DNA of 62,918 nt, counting the filler, from Perkinsus chesapeaki ATCC PRA-425 (lineage: Eukaryota; Protista; Perkinsozoa): NCBI GenBank assembly GCA_013115145.1. It is 14 parts of 14 records of this genome, joined end to end, with 100 filler letters (N's around TTAATTAATTAA, not from the genome) between each part and the next. Parts side by side here need not be neighbours in the genome. Positions count along the whole stretch, not along the records: positions 44,469 to 50,793 come from JAAPAO010001096.1; positions 50,894 to 52,400 come from JAAPAO010001926.1; positions 52,501 to 53,691 come from JAAPAO010002118.1; positions 53,792 to 54,835 come from JAAPAO010002259.1; positions 54,936 to 62,918 come from JAAPAO010001001.1; 9 more parts are not named here. One strand, written 5' to 3'. This document shows positions 48,839 through 60,300 of this stretch, in pieces (position 1 is the stretch's first letter; each line of letters begins with the position of its first letter). The position numbers and the translations under genes were made by a program. Under the pieces are notes generated by a model. It was not told where the DNA came from, made no database searches, and saw nothing but the letters and a program-made list of their open reading frames with translations.

Positions 48839-49396
48839 TCACTTCGGGCGGCCACGTGCTTTGGGGCCGAAAGTCAGTAGGTCTTCGATGCACACTCCAG
48901 GTAAGCCGTAAGCATCAAGCGTATTGCCTTCGAGGAAGGTCAGCGCGATAGTATGCTTGCAGGGCGGTTTCCTCGCATCATAGCAAGAGCAAGCCATTGA
49001 CTCGTCTCTGTCGACCAGATAGATATTCTGTACCATCATTTTGAAGTCGTCGAAGTCCACCTATGGCGGAGTTTCTGCAGAATCTAGAATCCTGCCCAGG
49101 AAGCGTTGAACCATGCAATCCAGTGTTTCTCGGTTTCCCGCCGCATGAGCTAGCTTGTCTTCCACAATGACATAATATTTCTGAGTTGAGTCTACATATA
49201 CCACACTCCAGTTCTTTTTGTTCAATATGTATCTCTCAGCCCATTTTGCGCCCTGACGGGCTTGTCCAAGATTGAGCGAACAAGCAGGGCTGGGATCATC
49301 GGTATCTTTCGACTCGCTCTCGCAGTAGCGTTGAAGCTCTTTCAACAACGCTGGCACGCTTGAAGTTGTCCGCATCTTACCTATAAAGCATGACAA
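48839..49396 (-). mobile_element. SWIM-finger fragment, probably the C-terminus of a MULE-type transposase
   Basis: CSCYDARKPPCKH (SWIM C-x-C...C-x-H) followed by RGRPK. The two ORFs are in frame, separated by one TAG. Confidence 0.65.
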
Positions 49397-49409
49397 AATA
49401 GAAAGAAAG

Positions 49410-50091
49410 TAGAACTGCTACCTCAACTAGGTCTACAACTAGTTTTATTAGAACTAGAACTACTACAAGTAGGACTACTACAACTAGGACTACTACAACT
49501 GGGACTACTACAACTTGGACTACTACAACTAGGACTACTACAACTATAACTGCTACAACTAGGACTACTTCAACTAGGACTACTACAACTAAAACTACTA
49601 CAACTGGGACTACTACAACTACGACTACTTCAACTAGGACTACTTCAACTAGAACTGCTACAACTAAAACTACTACAACTGGGACTACTATAACTAGGAC
49701 TACTTCAACTAGGACTACTACAACTAAAACTACTACAACTAAAACTACTACAACTCGGACTACTATAACTAGGACTACTACAACTAGAACTACTACCACT
49801 AGAACTGCTACAACTAGGACTACTACAACGAGGACTACTACAACTAGAACTGCTACAACTAGGACTACTACAACTGTAACTGCTACAACTAGGACTACTA
49901 CAACTGGGACTACTATCACTAGGACTACTACAACTAGAACTACTACAACTAGAACTGCTACAACTAGGACTACTACAACTAGGACTACTACAACTATAGC
50001 TGCTACAACTAGGACTACTACAACTAGAACTACTACAACTAGGACTACTACAACTAGGACTACTACAACTAGAACTGCTACAACTAGGACT
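49410..50091. repeat. 15-bp minisatellite (AGGACTACTACAACT)n
   Basis: About 45 slightly variable units. Confidence 0.97.
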
Positions 50092-50793
50092 CAAGAGATC
50101 CTAAGAGTGAAAAAGGAAAATAAACATTACTGTATCCTCTCAGTGGATGTCGCAGACGCCTTCGGATCAATATCACATGAGGGGATAATAAAAGCACTGG
50201 AAGAAAACAACGAAGAGGAATTGACGATACGGTGGATAGAAAAGTGGCTGAAAAACCGCAGCAGCTATGGGCACTTCATGGGAGAATGTCAAGGAAGAAG
50301 ACCCAGAGAAGACAGAGGGGTAGCACAAGGAAGTGTAGGGGGACCGAGGCTCTTCACAGCGGCGATAGATCACAAATTAGTAGAGGCAGAAGGATTAATT
50401 ATGAGAAAACTAGAGACGATCCTGAAGATTTGCAGTGATAACATAAGAGTGAGAGTATTAGCTTTTGCGGATGATGTAAGTATACTAATTGGGTTTAAGA
50501 AGAAGCTAAAAAATGTCGACTACACACGTATAAAGCAAATTGCGGAAGATGCGATGAATCACCTCTTTCAAGACATATCCCTGACGCTGGATCCAACAAA
50601 AGGACAATGCCTCACCAACATCGGCCCAAAGGAGAACAGGGGAGGCCAAGGAAGCCTACGCCTTCTTGGGTATGATATAACAGACAGTGGGAGCTGGAAA
50701 AAGCATATCACAAGAAGACTGAAAAAGCCAAGGCGATAGGCATGATGGTCCGAAGATTCCTACGCAGCTCATATGGAGCTCCCCCGGAGGCGA
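50092..50793 (+). mobile_element. 5'-truncated non-LTR retrotransposon reverse transcriptase
   Basis: LSVDVADAFGSISH, WIEKWLKNR, GVAQGSVGGPRLF, LAFADDV, LRLLGY. A 1-nt frameshift near 50725 continues as AKAIGMMVRRFLRSSYGAP. Confidence 0.9.
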
Positions 50794-51116
50794 NNNNNNN
50801 NNNNNNNNNNNNNNNNNNNNNNNNNNNNNNNNNNNNNTTAATTAATTAANNNNNNNNNNNNNNNNNNNNNNNNNNNNNNNNNNNNNNNNNNNNTGCCAAA
50901 CTCGGCAACCCGAGCATAAGAATTTCCCAGATACATTTCGGGCTTCGAAGATCAGCGCAGCACCCCATGGAAACTGCGTTGATCAACGTGACCGTCCAGA
51001 TCCGAATTTCACGTCGTGGTAACTACCCCTTATTCACTAGTAAATTAATTGACAACACTACAGAGGACTTATCTGATCACAAATTATCAAAACCGCACTC
51101 ATCACCATGGATACCG

Positions 51117-52331
51117 CTATTCAACTTCTGCCTCTGAGTCACTTTCCTCCAGAAGTGACATGAAATGGCTTGAAGCCAATTTCTGGACCTCCGCGAGATC
51201 CACATAGACACTGGCAGGAACTCTACTCCGCCAAGAGCCCAAGGCACAAATCTGTTGAAAGCTAGATCCGCTTTTTGCAAGATCGGAAGCCGCTCCTCTT
51301 CTTAGGGAGTGAGAACCATAGTATTCCGCATCTTTGACTTTCATACTGGAAAGAGTTGTCCGAAGGATGAATAGAAAAGCCCTATACGACAGTAGAGGGA
51401 ACAACTGGTCCTTCTCGGGATCCCGCGAGGCACGCCTCTCTAGCAGAACCTTTGAAGCTTCCACTGGGCAAGTCAGGGAATCCGTCTTACAGCAGCAGCT
51501 TCTTACTTGTCTGTCACCAGCCGGCAGGTTCTTCCTCTTTGGGATAGATAGAGCGACCTCTCCGGACACCTCACCTACGGAGAGCTGACTAACGCGAGCT
51601 ACCAGGAGCTCAGAGGGGATCCTCAGCAGGAAGTGGTAGCCAAGAATCGCTGCTAGAGAGAAGTCGATCAGGCCTCGACTGATCGCCAGTTTCGTCATCT
51701 CTCTGAGCATATATAAGCTGACTCTCGGTTTTTCGGCCGGAGAAGCACGCGGGTTCTTCGAAAGCCCCTGAGCCGTTTGTCGAACTGCGACTGAGTCCCA
51801 AGCTTTCTCCAAGTCCAACCAATCATGCCACTTTCGCAGATGCGTTAGGTAGCACTTTGCCGTGTCCTGGTTTGTGAAAGTCGATAACCAAAGACTCACA
51901 ATATCATCCCTGGCCGGAAGCAGTTCGGCACCTGCCGAACATTTGACTGCATCCAACTTGAGAACGGACGCCGCGAATTTTAGATAGCATCGGAAGCCTG
52001 TAGCGTATTGTTTGAGTGAATTCACCGCCACACAGTTGTATCTCAATGATCCTACAGAGTCAGCCAAGTCTCTCAGTATCGACGCGGCTCCCCGGGTTTC
52101 TGCCTGTGCCATCAACCAACCCGGAACCTGTCTTGGTCTGTAACCTCCTGCCTGTAAGGCGGAAAGAGCCGTCAGCTTCCTCTGCAGGACTATGGCGGTC
52201 GAGATGAGATGATCCCAAATCGGGCCCCTGAGCGAGCCTGACCTTGCTTGGCCCCAGAGCCTTATGAGGGAGTCTCTTAAATCGGTGGTTGCAAACGCCG
52301 TGATGTCATCTTCAGACACTTCCGACACCAC
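51117..52331 (-). mobile_element. Tyrosine recombinase of a DIRS-like retrotransposon
   Basis: LKQYATGFRCYLKF (N-terminal), FLLRIPSE (R), HSLRRGAA (H-x-x-R), LGSWRS (W), SVYV (Y). Catalytic set apparently intact. Confidence 0.93.
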
Positions 52332-52500
52332 TTCTTCCCAGTTGTAGAAACCCGATTTGAGCAGAATCGTACAGACTCTCTGATCCTCAACCGCGCAGTG
52401 NNNNNNNNNNNNNNNNNNNNNNNNNNNNNNNNNNNNNNNNNNNNTTAATTAATTAANNNNNNNNNNNNNNNNNNNNNNNNNNNNNNNNNNNNNNNNNNNN

Positions 52501-53300
52501 GAGTTGGTGAATTCGAAGGTTATCAACTTCGACATCTGCCAGTCACCCACGACCAAGCGTCCTCTCATCCACATCGGTACCGTTGATGGTCATTGTAAGC
52601 GGCGCTTCATGTTCGGTTCAACGTTATTTATTTGTTGCAGATATATTTGATCTCGATAAGAGTGAAATGAAGGAGCCAAAGGATACTGCTAGGGGACCAG
52701 TTGCGGTAAAATATTGTCGAAGTCGTTTTTCTGTTACCGTTAAATTGCAGGTTTCATGCTTCCTTCGGGAGGATAAGCCCGCCGTTGTATTCCACAACGA
52801 TCAGCTTGCCAATGCGTCAAGCGTCTTTGTTGATGGAGAGGCTATCTATCTGAGAGTTGCAGACAAAACGGTATGAGGACCGAGGCGAGACGCGGCGTTT
52901 TCATACAGCAATTGGGGTATCATGATCACTAGGCCTCCATATGTCAGCATAGTACAGAACTATTCCTTTTCGGATACTTGCTAAGTGACCGATATAGGGA
53001 TGTGAAGTTGACGGTCATGACAGGGAGACAATTTTTGTGTGGTAGATTCAAGGATATCGCATGAAGTCGAATGAGGCCCTTCCGACGATCAATACGGCGA
53101 GTGCTGAGGAAGCTGATTTCATTCTCAGGGAGCTTAAAATGCCAACCTTGCCAGCTGGGAGCGAATTTGAGGTATAATCGTTTGCTTTGGAAATGGGTAA
53201 ATTATTCCGTAGGTGCTTGAGAATCCAAAGAAGTTTATGAAGGGGAAACATGTGTATTCAAGGAAGGCTGGCGAGAATGTGAAGTTTGAAATCGACTTTG
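52501..53300 (+). CDS. Fragment of a spliced hypothetical gene
   Basis: Open frame from the contig start (ELVNSKVINFDICQ...) and exon-like blocks with GT-AG borders. No recognisable domain. Confidence 0.35.
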
Positions 53301-54935
53301 ATGGTAGTGCCGTGGCTGGGGTTCGAACCAGGGGCCTTTGGATTGCTCAGATCTCACATTGCGCATGAAGAAGGGCAACAAGGTGTTGTGGACGCGTGAG
53401 GAGAGTCTGTCGAAGCCTTCTCAAGTGGTCACACTTACGGAACGTAATACAGCGGAGTCTGGCGGCTAGGGGGTTACGGAGGCACATGAGCGGTTCTGAA
53501 GAAGGAAGAACCGCTCAGCACAGCCAGGGGAATGACAGCCGCGATGAATTTGATGTTTCCTTTTGGTCAAGGAACACTTTCCCTAGCAAAATTGAGTGCA
53601 TTAAGAGAACTCTCCATTCCTGGAATAACACATTTTAGTGAGGCTAAATAACCTCATGCTGTTGAGGTGGCGATATGTGCCTCTTATCGCANNNNNNNNN
53701 NNNNNNNNNNNNNNNNNNNNNNNNNNNNNNNNNNNTTAATTAATTAANNNNNNNNNNNNNNNNNNNNNNNNNNNNNNNNNNNNNNNNNNNNCAGTTAGGA
53801 AATGGTAGCCAGCCAAGAAATTCTACTTCCCAGGCCGCGGCTCAAGTACAGCCGAATTCAGGTACGTGTGATGGGACAATTACTGTGACATGGTTATTAG
53901 CTCGCAGAGAGCCCGCAATCCTTTCAATTACCCTCTGACTCAGGTAAAAGAAAAGTCAGAACACCATCCTGGTGGAATGAAAAGGAAGTCGGACTGAAGA
54001 TTCGTCGAAGTTATTAACTTCGACCGGTTAACTTCAAGTTAACCGGTTACGAGCGGCTTCTTGGACGCCGAGCCTTTCTACTTCTCCCCGTCTCAATCGC
54101 AAGTGTTGCAAATGCTTGACAATTGATGCGCTAATTTGAGCCTGGCCCCCATTCGTGCGCCCCTTTCTGTTCTACATTATCAAGTTTCTCCCCCATGCAT
54201 ATGCTACCGTATATTATCGTATAGTGTATGTATAGTATCGTACATCACCGTTTTCTCACAGAAGCGGTGAACTACTAGTAGTCGCGCATACTACATGAAG
54301 TTGAGGCACCTCACTTTAGAAAAGTCAGTTCTGATAGATATATTAGTGAATGATGCCAAGCCTGTACTTGCTCGAGTCATGTTTCTAGCCCATATAAGTG
54401 TTGTTTTATATATGACTGAAATGCTGCTTGTCATGAATGAATTCCGTGGTGGCTCGAGTAGTAGACTACTGGTCTACGTATTCGATAGACCAGATAGACT
54501 CTATTGGTACTAGCAGTATCTACGAATAATCTTAACTCCTTGAGAGTTAACTAAAGCCTCCTAATATACACGTCTAAAGCCCCTTGGGGCCACAGTACGA
54601 TTGGAGTTATTAAGCGAGAAGCTTACGCTAAATTCTACCCTTACGGAGCCTGTCGCATCCTGCCTCAACTAACCGTCATTGTTTCCTCAGGTTTTCTACT
54701 AGGGCGAGCGAGAATTCATTCCTCACCTTTCCCGCTTCTTCCTCAGAAAACCGGAAGTTCCCGGAGGAACTAGCTCGATTCTAACCACGAATTGAGCTTA
54801 TCCTCTCATCCCAAATCTTAGCCAAACATCTAACCNNNNNNNNNNNNNNNNNNNNNNNNNNNNNNNNNNNNNNNNNNNNTTAATTAATTAANNNNNNNNN
54901 NNNNNNNNNNNNNNNNNNNNNNNNNNNNNNNNNNN

Positions 54936-55698
54936 CACAATCATCGGTAAATTGTGAATAGACACGTCCCGATAGCTGCAAGAGACACGCCATGATAGTT
55001 AGTCGCAACTACAGCTCTTGGCGTTGAAAGGGATCACCTGCGCAGCGGAAGAATCAAACCATTCCCGCACCTTGTCCATTCTTGCTATCGATTGCTGAAG
55101 TGAGAGGGCTGCGGGTAATGCTACTACGAGACAGGGGACAGCATTCACCTCAGTTTCACTAACCCTCTCCTCCAATGCATCCAATCTCGACAAGATTCCA
55201 TCAACCTGAGATGCATCATCCGAGGCTGCAAGGCTAACATAACCAGCTGCTCATTGCATTACCTCAGGATCTTTGGCGGTGCGAAGAGCAGATGACAGCA
55301 TGGCAGTTGCGAAAAGGGAGATAAGGAACATCTGTGGAGAATAGAGGTAACTATAACATGTGGAGTGGTGCATGTATTGTTGTATGATGGTGTAGATAAC
55401 TGGATCTAGCTTTACTGGACTCTCAACTGGGTAACCACCAACAGGTGGGGCTAGATACGAAAAGACTAAGAGTTAAAGACAGAGACAATAGAATAGACAT
55501 TATCACCAGTAAATGGAAATATTTAATTATGAGTAGACGAGACACCAAAGAACCGGGTCGATGAGCGCGTTTTATTGATAGATTCATCATTCGACCAGCA
55601 ATCTCGGCATCAGCCTCGCTGGAGGTACGAAATATTATTCTGTACACCACATATGCCACAAGATTCGCTACTCTACGGCTGTCCGTAACTCCAGGCAT
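54936..55698 (-). CDS. Spliced hypothetical gene fragment (coiled-coil-like)
   Basis: ORF pieces 55423-55698 and 54999-55193 with intron-like spacers. Confidence 0.35.
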
Positions 55699-55791
55699 TC
55701 ATCAAATTGATTATGTAAGGATAAATTATTCTGAATAATTACAATGATTATTAACTGGAATAAGCACACCTGGTGAGCGAACGAAAGACTC

Positions 55792-57001
55792 CTACCAATA
55801 AGGAAACGACGTGAAGATTGAAGGCTCCTTCATTGATCCCGTAGCTTGTGTGGGGCGTCCTGTTGCATTCTCCTCTACATCCGCCAACAGCCTATCATCC
55901 ACCGTAGGAGACTCGGAATCGCTATCTTCAAACTGAAGGTATCCATCAAGCTCCCAACGTTGTTCGTCGCTGAGCCCATCTGACACAGTAACCTTGGGTT
56001 TGTCCTTGATTCGTATGTGTTTCGACGACTTAGCCATCTTGGGCCTGTCCACCTTTGACCGCTTGCGCACTTGCCCTTCTCTCCGTATTTCAGATGGCAT
56101 CATCATTAAATACTGCGTCCTTCTATGCCCATAGGCGATCTCCACCGGAAGCATGGACCCGTCTGCCAGCGGCCCGACTTCATTGAATGACCGACAGATG
56201 GCCCGATCGCAAGGGAATGGTTTCAGCAGTGCCGCGCAGTGTCCCGCAGGGAGACACGGCAACACATAAGCGACTTCTCGTCCAGTGGAGTTCTCGACTG
56301 CTGTCCGTACTGCCTTTGCGACCTCCTCTATCCACGTTGAGCTGGGCTCACAGTTGGGGATAGGTGTGAGGAGCATCACTCCACCAGAGTTATCTCGAGG
56401 ATTAGCGGGCCACCGGAAGGGAGGAAGGCCGTCCAGTGAGGGTTTGATGGTTCCTTCGGAGATTTCAACAAATGGAGATGCATTGCAGACAGCCTCAGCT
56501 GTCGGTAGAACTTGTTGAGAGGTTAACTTATATTGGATAAGTAAAGGAAATGTTACGAGGATCGCAAGGGGCAAGCCAGAGGGTCCTGAGAAAACGGTAT
56601 TAGAACCCTCCATCAGACTGACGTTTTCCCGCCGAAACATCACCGAAGTTTCATTATCGGCATGTGCCATATGCTTCGACACGTCACAAGGATAAGACGC
56701 AAAATTCAAGCGAAATTAGGGAAGAGCTGCCCAACTTGGGAACTCCAAGACCTATTAAAATCTCGACTTTGGCGTTCCTGGGCTTTTTTCAAAGAGCTTT
56801 CCCGGCATCATGGAAGGCTCTTGATTGATGAACGCAGAGACCGATTTGAAGGGATATTTCATGCGAGGAGACGAAGGGCATGTTCCCCTTAGTACCTTCC
56901 AGAAGCCCTCGAAGGTAAACGTCCCTACTCAGATTCTCCTCAGAGAAGTAGAACTCGATTTGTCGGACAGCATTGGATGGGAGAGCATCAGGAGATATCA
57001 T
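55792..57001 (-). CDS. La-motif (LARP) RNA-binding protein
   Basis: Exon 1 VRQIEFYFSEENLSRDVYLRGLLE; intron 56895-56586 (GT..AG, phase 1); exon 2 GPSGLPLAILVTFPLL..LT...ASPFVEISE completes the La motif, followed by an RRM-like segment. Confidence 0.88.
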
Positions 57002-57137
57002 TTTGATGGGACACCATATCCTGGAAGATACACCAGAGGTTAATTGAGGTCTGTGCGATGAATTTCACCTAAGATAACTCCTAGGATTGGTTTTGGTGGT
57101 CCCGAACACTGGGATCGTTCAATAAACCGATTTTGAA

Positions 57138-57201
57138 ATTCAGAATCGATTCCAGAACTGCTTTTTACACGTAAAATGCGATGCTGGAATCGATTCTGAA
57201 T
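57138..57201. promoter_or_regulatory. 18-bp-arm inverted repeat in a divergent intergenic region
   Basis: ATTCAGAATCGATTCCAG...CTGGAATCGATTCTGAAT, between head-to-head starts at 57001 (-) and ~57357 (+). Regulatory role is inference. Confidence 0.45.
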
Positions 57202-57356
57202 CTCGGAATTGGTTTAATGAACATGTGCTCGACCTGAAAATGTGAAACATTTTGCGCTTTTTAGCGGAGCGACGCAGAATACTACGCACGTGAACTATTT
57301 GTCGGGCTACTGTTATGTGTAGTATTCTGACCATATCAGATTTTATTTTCTTCTGC

Positions 57357-60300
57357 ATGCCCAACAGTCCACACTGTCGGAGACCAGAAGGCCCGGATGT
57401 GGTGACTCTACCACCTACAGGGGTCTTATCCCCTGATATAAGAGCAACTGGTTCGCATCATGTAAGGCTTCATCTTGACCTGTTTTGTATCATGCGAGCA
57501 TCGACCTTAAAAGCGTTCTACGAAATGGGATCTTAGCTCGAATCATGCATTATTCGAGGGAGGGTAACTGAATTCGCTTCAGGGATCTGGCTGCTATACC
57601 AGATGCCACTTTCACTTCGCCAATGATGACGTAGAAGTTGGCGATACAGTACGAGTAGTTGGTGGACACCCCTCCCTTGGAAGCTGGGACTATAAGCGAG
57701 GTTACATCTCCCATGTCATCCTTCTCCCTCAGTCCCGTCTCAGGCCTTCCGCTGTGTATCAGGGAAGCTCTCTATCCCTGTTGGTTTACCGTTGAACCAG
57801 CAATGCTTCCCTTGATGCGAGTTACTGAGTACGCCTACGTTACAGTTGGGCCTAGTGGCAATCTCAAGTCCTGGGAGAGGACAGATGCTGGACAGAGGGT
57901 TATCCGTCAAGTAAGCTTGGGGGTGCTTCCTTTGATGGTCATTTCCAAAACCATGCCGTTCCTGTTGGAATTTGGAAAGTGTTGTTGATGTCATCTTCGT
58001 AGGTGATTCCAAGTGGTATGGAAATGACTATTGAGGATGATGACGGTCTCTATCGCTACCTCCAGTCGAGGGGCACCGCGGCTAGGGTAGAGGAAGACCG
58101 TGTCGATTTGTGTCACTTTCCTTTGTCTCTTCAGCCACAGCATACTGACACTACAACCGCATCTGGTTCGAGCGTTGGAGCCGCAGACACGACAAGTGTG
58201 GAGTCAGGAGTGCCTGGCAAGGAAGGATCTTCTAATGAGCTGCATATACCGCTTCCTGCCTCGGGAGCATCCACGGAGTCTCTTCCAAGGGTAGTACAAC
58301 GGGAAGGCGGATCGGGATGGTCCAATTCGGGGCGCTGTTGGGTTTGCCGCGTTGGACAAAAAGGATGCACTTGGTGTGCGCGTCACGCGGTATTTATGTA
58401 ACTGTGGATCCCCCTTTCGGAAGGGTACCAGCGGCAGGCTCCTCATCGATCGAACCGTCACCATTGGGCATTTTTCGAGGTCATCGCTTTTGCACGCTCG
58501 AGAAAGCGGAGCGAGTTGTCTCGGACTGCTTAATTGATATGAGGATACTTGGTGACTGTTGTTTCCCGAGCTCCCAGCCGTGGCGAGATGTATACGTAGT
58601 TCCTTCGCTGGAAGTGTAAATTATAGTCGTGCTGGATAGTAATCTGTCCAGGAAACTGTCAACGAGCCTGCTTGGTTCAGTTTGTCTATCACGCTGGTTT
58701 AGATAAGGGTATATACGGCGCTACCAAGGGAACTGTTGCGTCTTGTTCCAGACAATGCCGCGGCCTTCCCATCTCAGGTTCGATCAGCCTTCTTTGATAC
58801 ATCGATTACACTTACTCCCGATGACTGTGTAGTATTCGTTAGTATACAACTGCCGGTTCTGGTCTGCCGAAAGTAATAGGGCTTCTCTGGTCTACTGAGG
58901 TGTGTAGCGGCGTACTGTAACACGAATCTTAGATTTCTGGCTTCAATCTTACCTCGTTGGATTTGCTGCCGTCCAGGCATTCGTCCGCGTTCCGTCTTTA
59001 TCCGACAATACCATCACTTCTCAGCATGAATGTAGTTATTAGTTATATTGAGTATCGGCTAATATGACACGGAAGTATTAGTCAGTATTATTAGCAATCT
59101 TGTATACTAGCGACTCGCGGATAGGAATTTGTAATATGCCAGAGGCAGCTGGTAGACAGCGTAAGATCTCTGAGAATAGTATTCCGGGCCTTCGCTGTTT
59201 CGCTGCTTGTTCATAGTCCCTATTAGTAAATAGAGTCTATTTACTCTATTCAATAGATTCTATCATTTTCCCAATGGTTGATCGAGAATCTGGGGAGATT
59301 TGATATGATATTGTTGGCAAGTGACCGATGCCTCTAAATCGTGTTTCAGGGCGGGTGGAGGCTTTGAAGTGTATCCGAGCCGTTATGTGTCGATGTCTAC
59401 TCTACATGCTGTTAAGAGTGGGCTAGTCCCTAAGAGATCACTCTTCGTTGGCTGGCCGGGCTTGGATTACCTGTCTAAGCAAGGTAGCGTATTGGAGAAT
59501 TTTTGTGGATGGTGGTGACACTACGCACGGAAGACTGTTAAGATTCATGCGAGGTTGATTGGCGGTCTGTGGAGTCCATTCTTTTTCAGAACAAGACGAG
59601 GTTAGAAAGGTCCTGTTGCCTTATGATTGCATACCTGTATTTTCCAGCGACCCTGAGCCCAAGAGGAGAGGTAGTAAAGGCGATTCTGAAAATCAGCTCG
59701 GTGATGTTGAGCAATATTCGCCAGTTATTGCATTTAATGAATAAAAGTTATGCTAGTCAACTGAATGGAAGTCACTGTTACCTCCGGTGTCGGTAAGACT
59801 GGAAAAATACCGCGTTCCGTCTAGATCGCCTGGCGGTTTTATCAGTGCATATTTGTCAAGGACGTCTTTAGTAGAGAATTCAGAACAGAGCAGCACTAAT
59901 GTCAAGAAGACATTACCGTATATTTTTAAGATTGCTGTGCAGGTCCACAGCCGCCGCGACATGGTTTTGAGGAGTTTTTGGATTTTTGTCAAACATTTCT
60001 ATGGCCGACAGTGAATGACCAAGTGCCCCTGGTTCACAACTCGGAGGACTTGATGACGTTTGATAATAAATTATGGGAGAAGTAAGTTCATGGAAACCGT
60101 TTGGGAACTCGCCGCTAGTGTATGCAACACAGATCCGCGTTTCTGAGCGCCGTTGCTGAGGACCGAACCTGCGCCTTTCGGTTTCGTCCTCCCCGAATGA
60201 GATTTGCTCCTCCGTTTTCAGATATCAAAATGCTAACCAGCGGTATGTGGATGTCCTTCTCAACGCTGACCTGTTTCCTCCGCTGCCTAATTTCGGAGAG

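Noticed and set aside
49377-50094. Val-rich and Ser-rich minus-strand ORFs
   Set aside because: Antisense readings of a 15-bp minisatellite that lacks stops in those frames.
9105-52331. Assembling Gag, RT and tyrosine recombinase into one DIRS element
   Set aside because: They lie on different unlinked contigs and may belong to different families.
56811-56901. Plus-strand GDEGHVPLSTF resembles the second half of a La motif and is flanked by 7-bp inverted repeats, suggesting a micro-inversion
   Set aside because: A canonical phase-1 intron (56895-56586) already yields a complete La motif (LRGLLEGPSGLPLAILVTF) on the minus strand, so the antisense match is best treated as coincidence.
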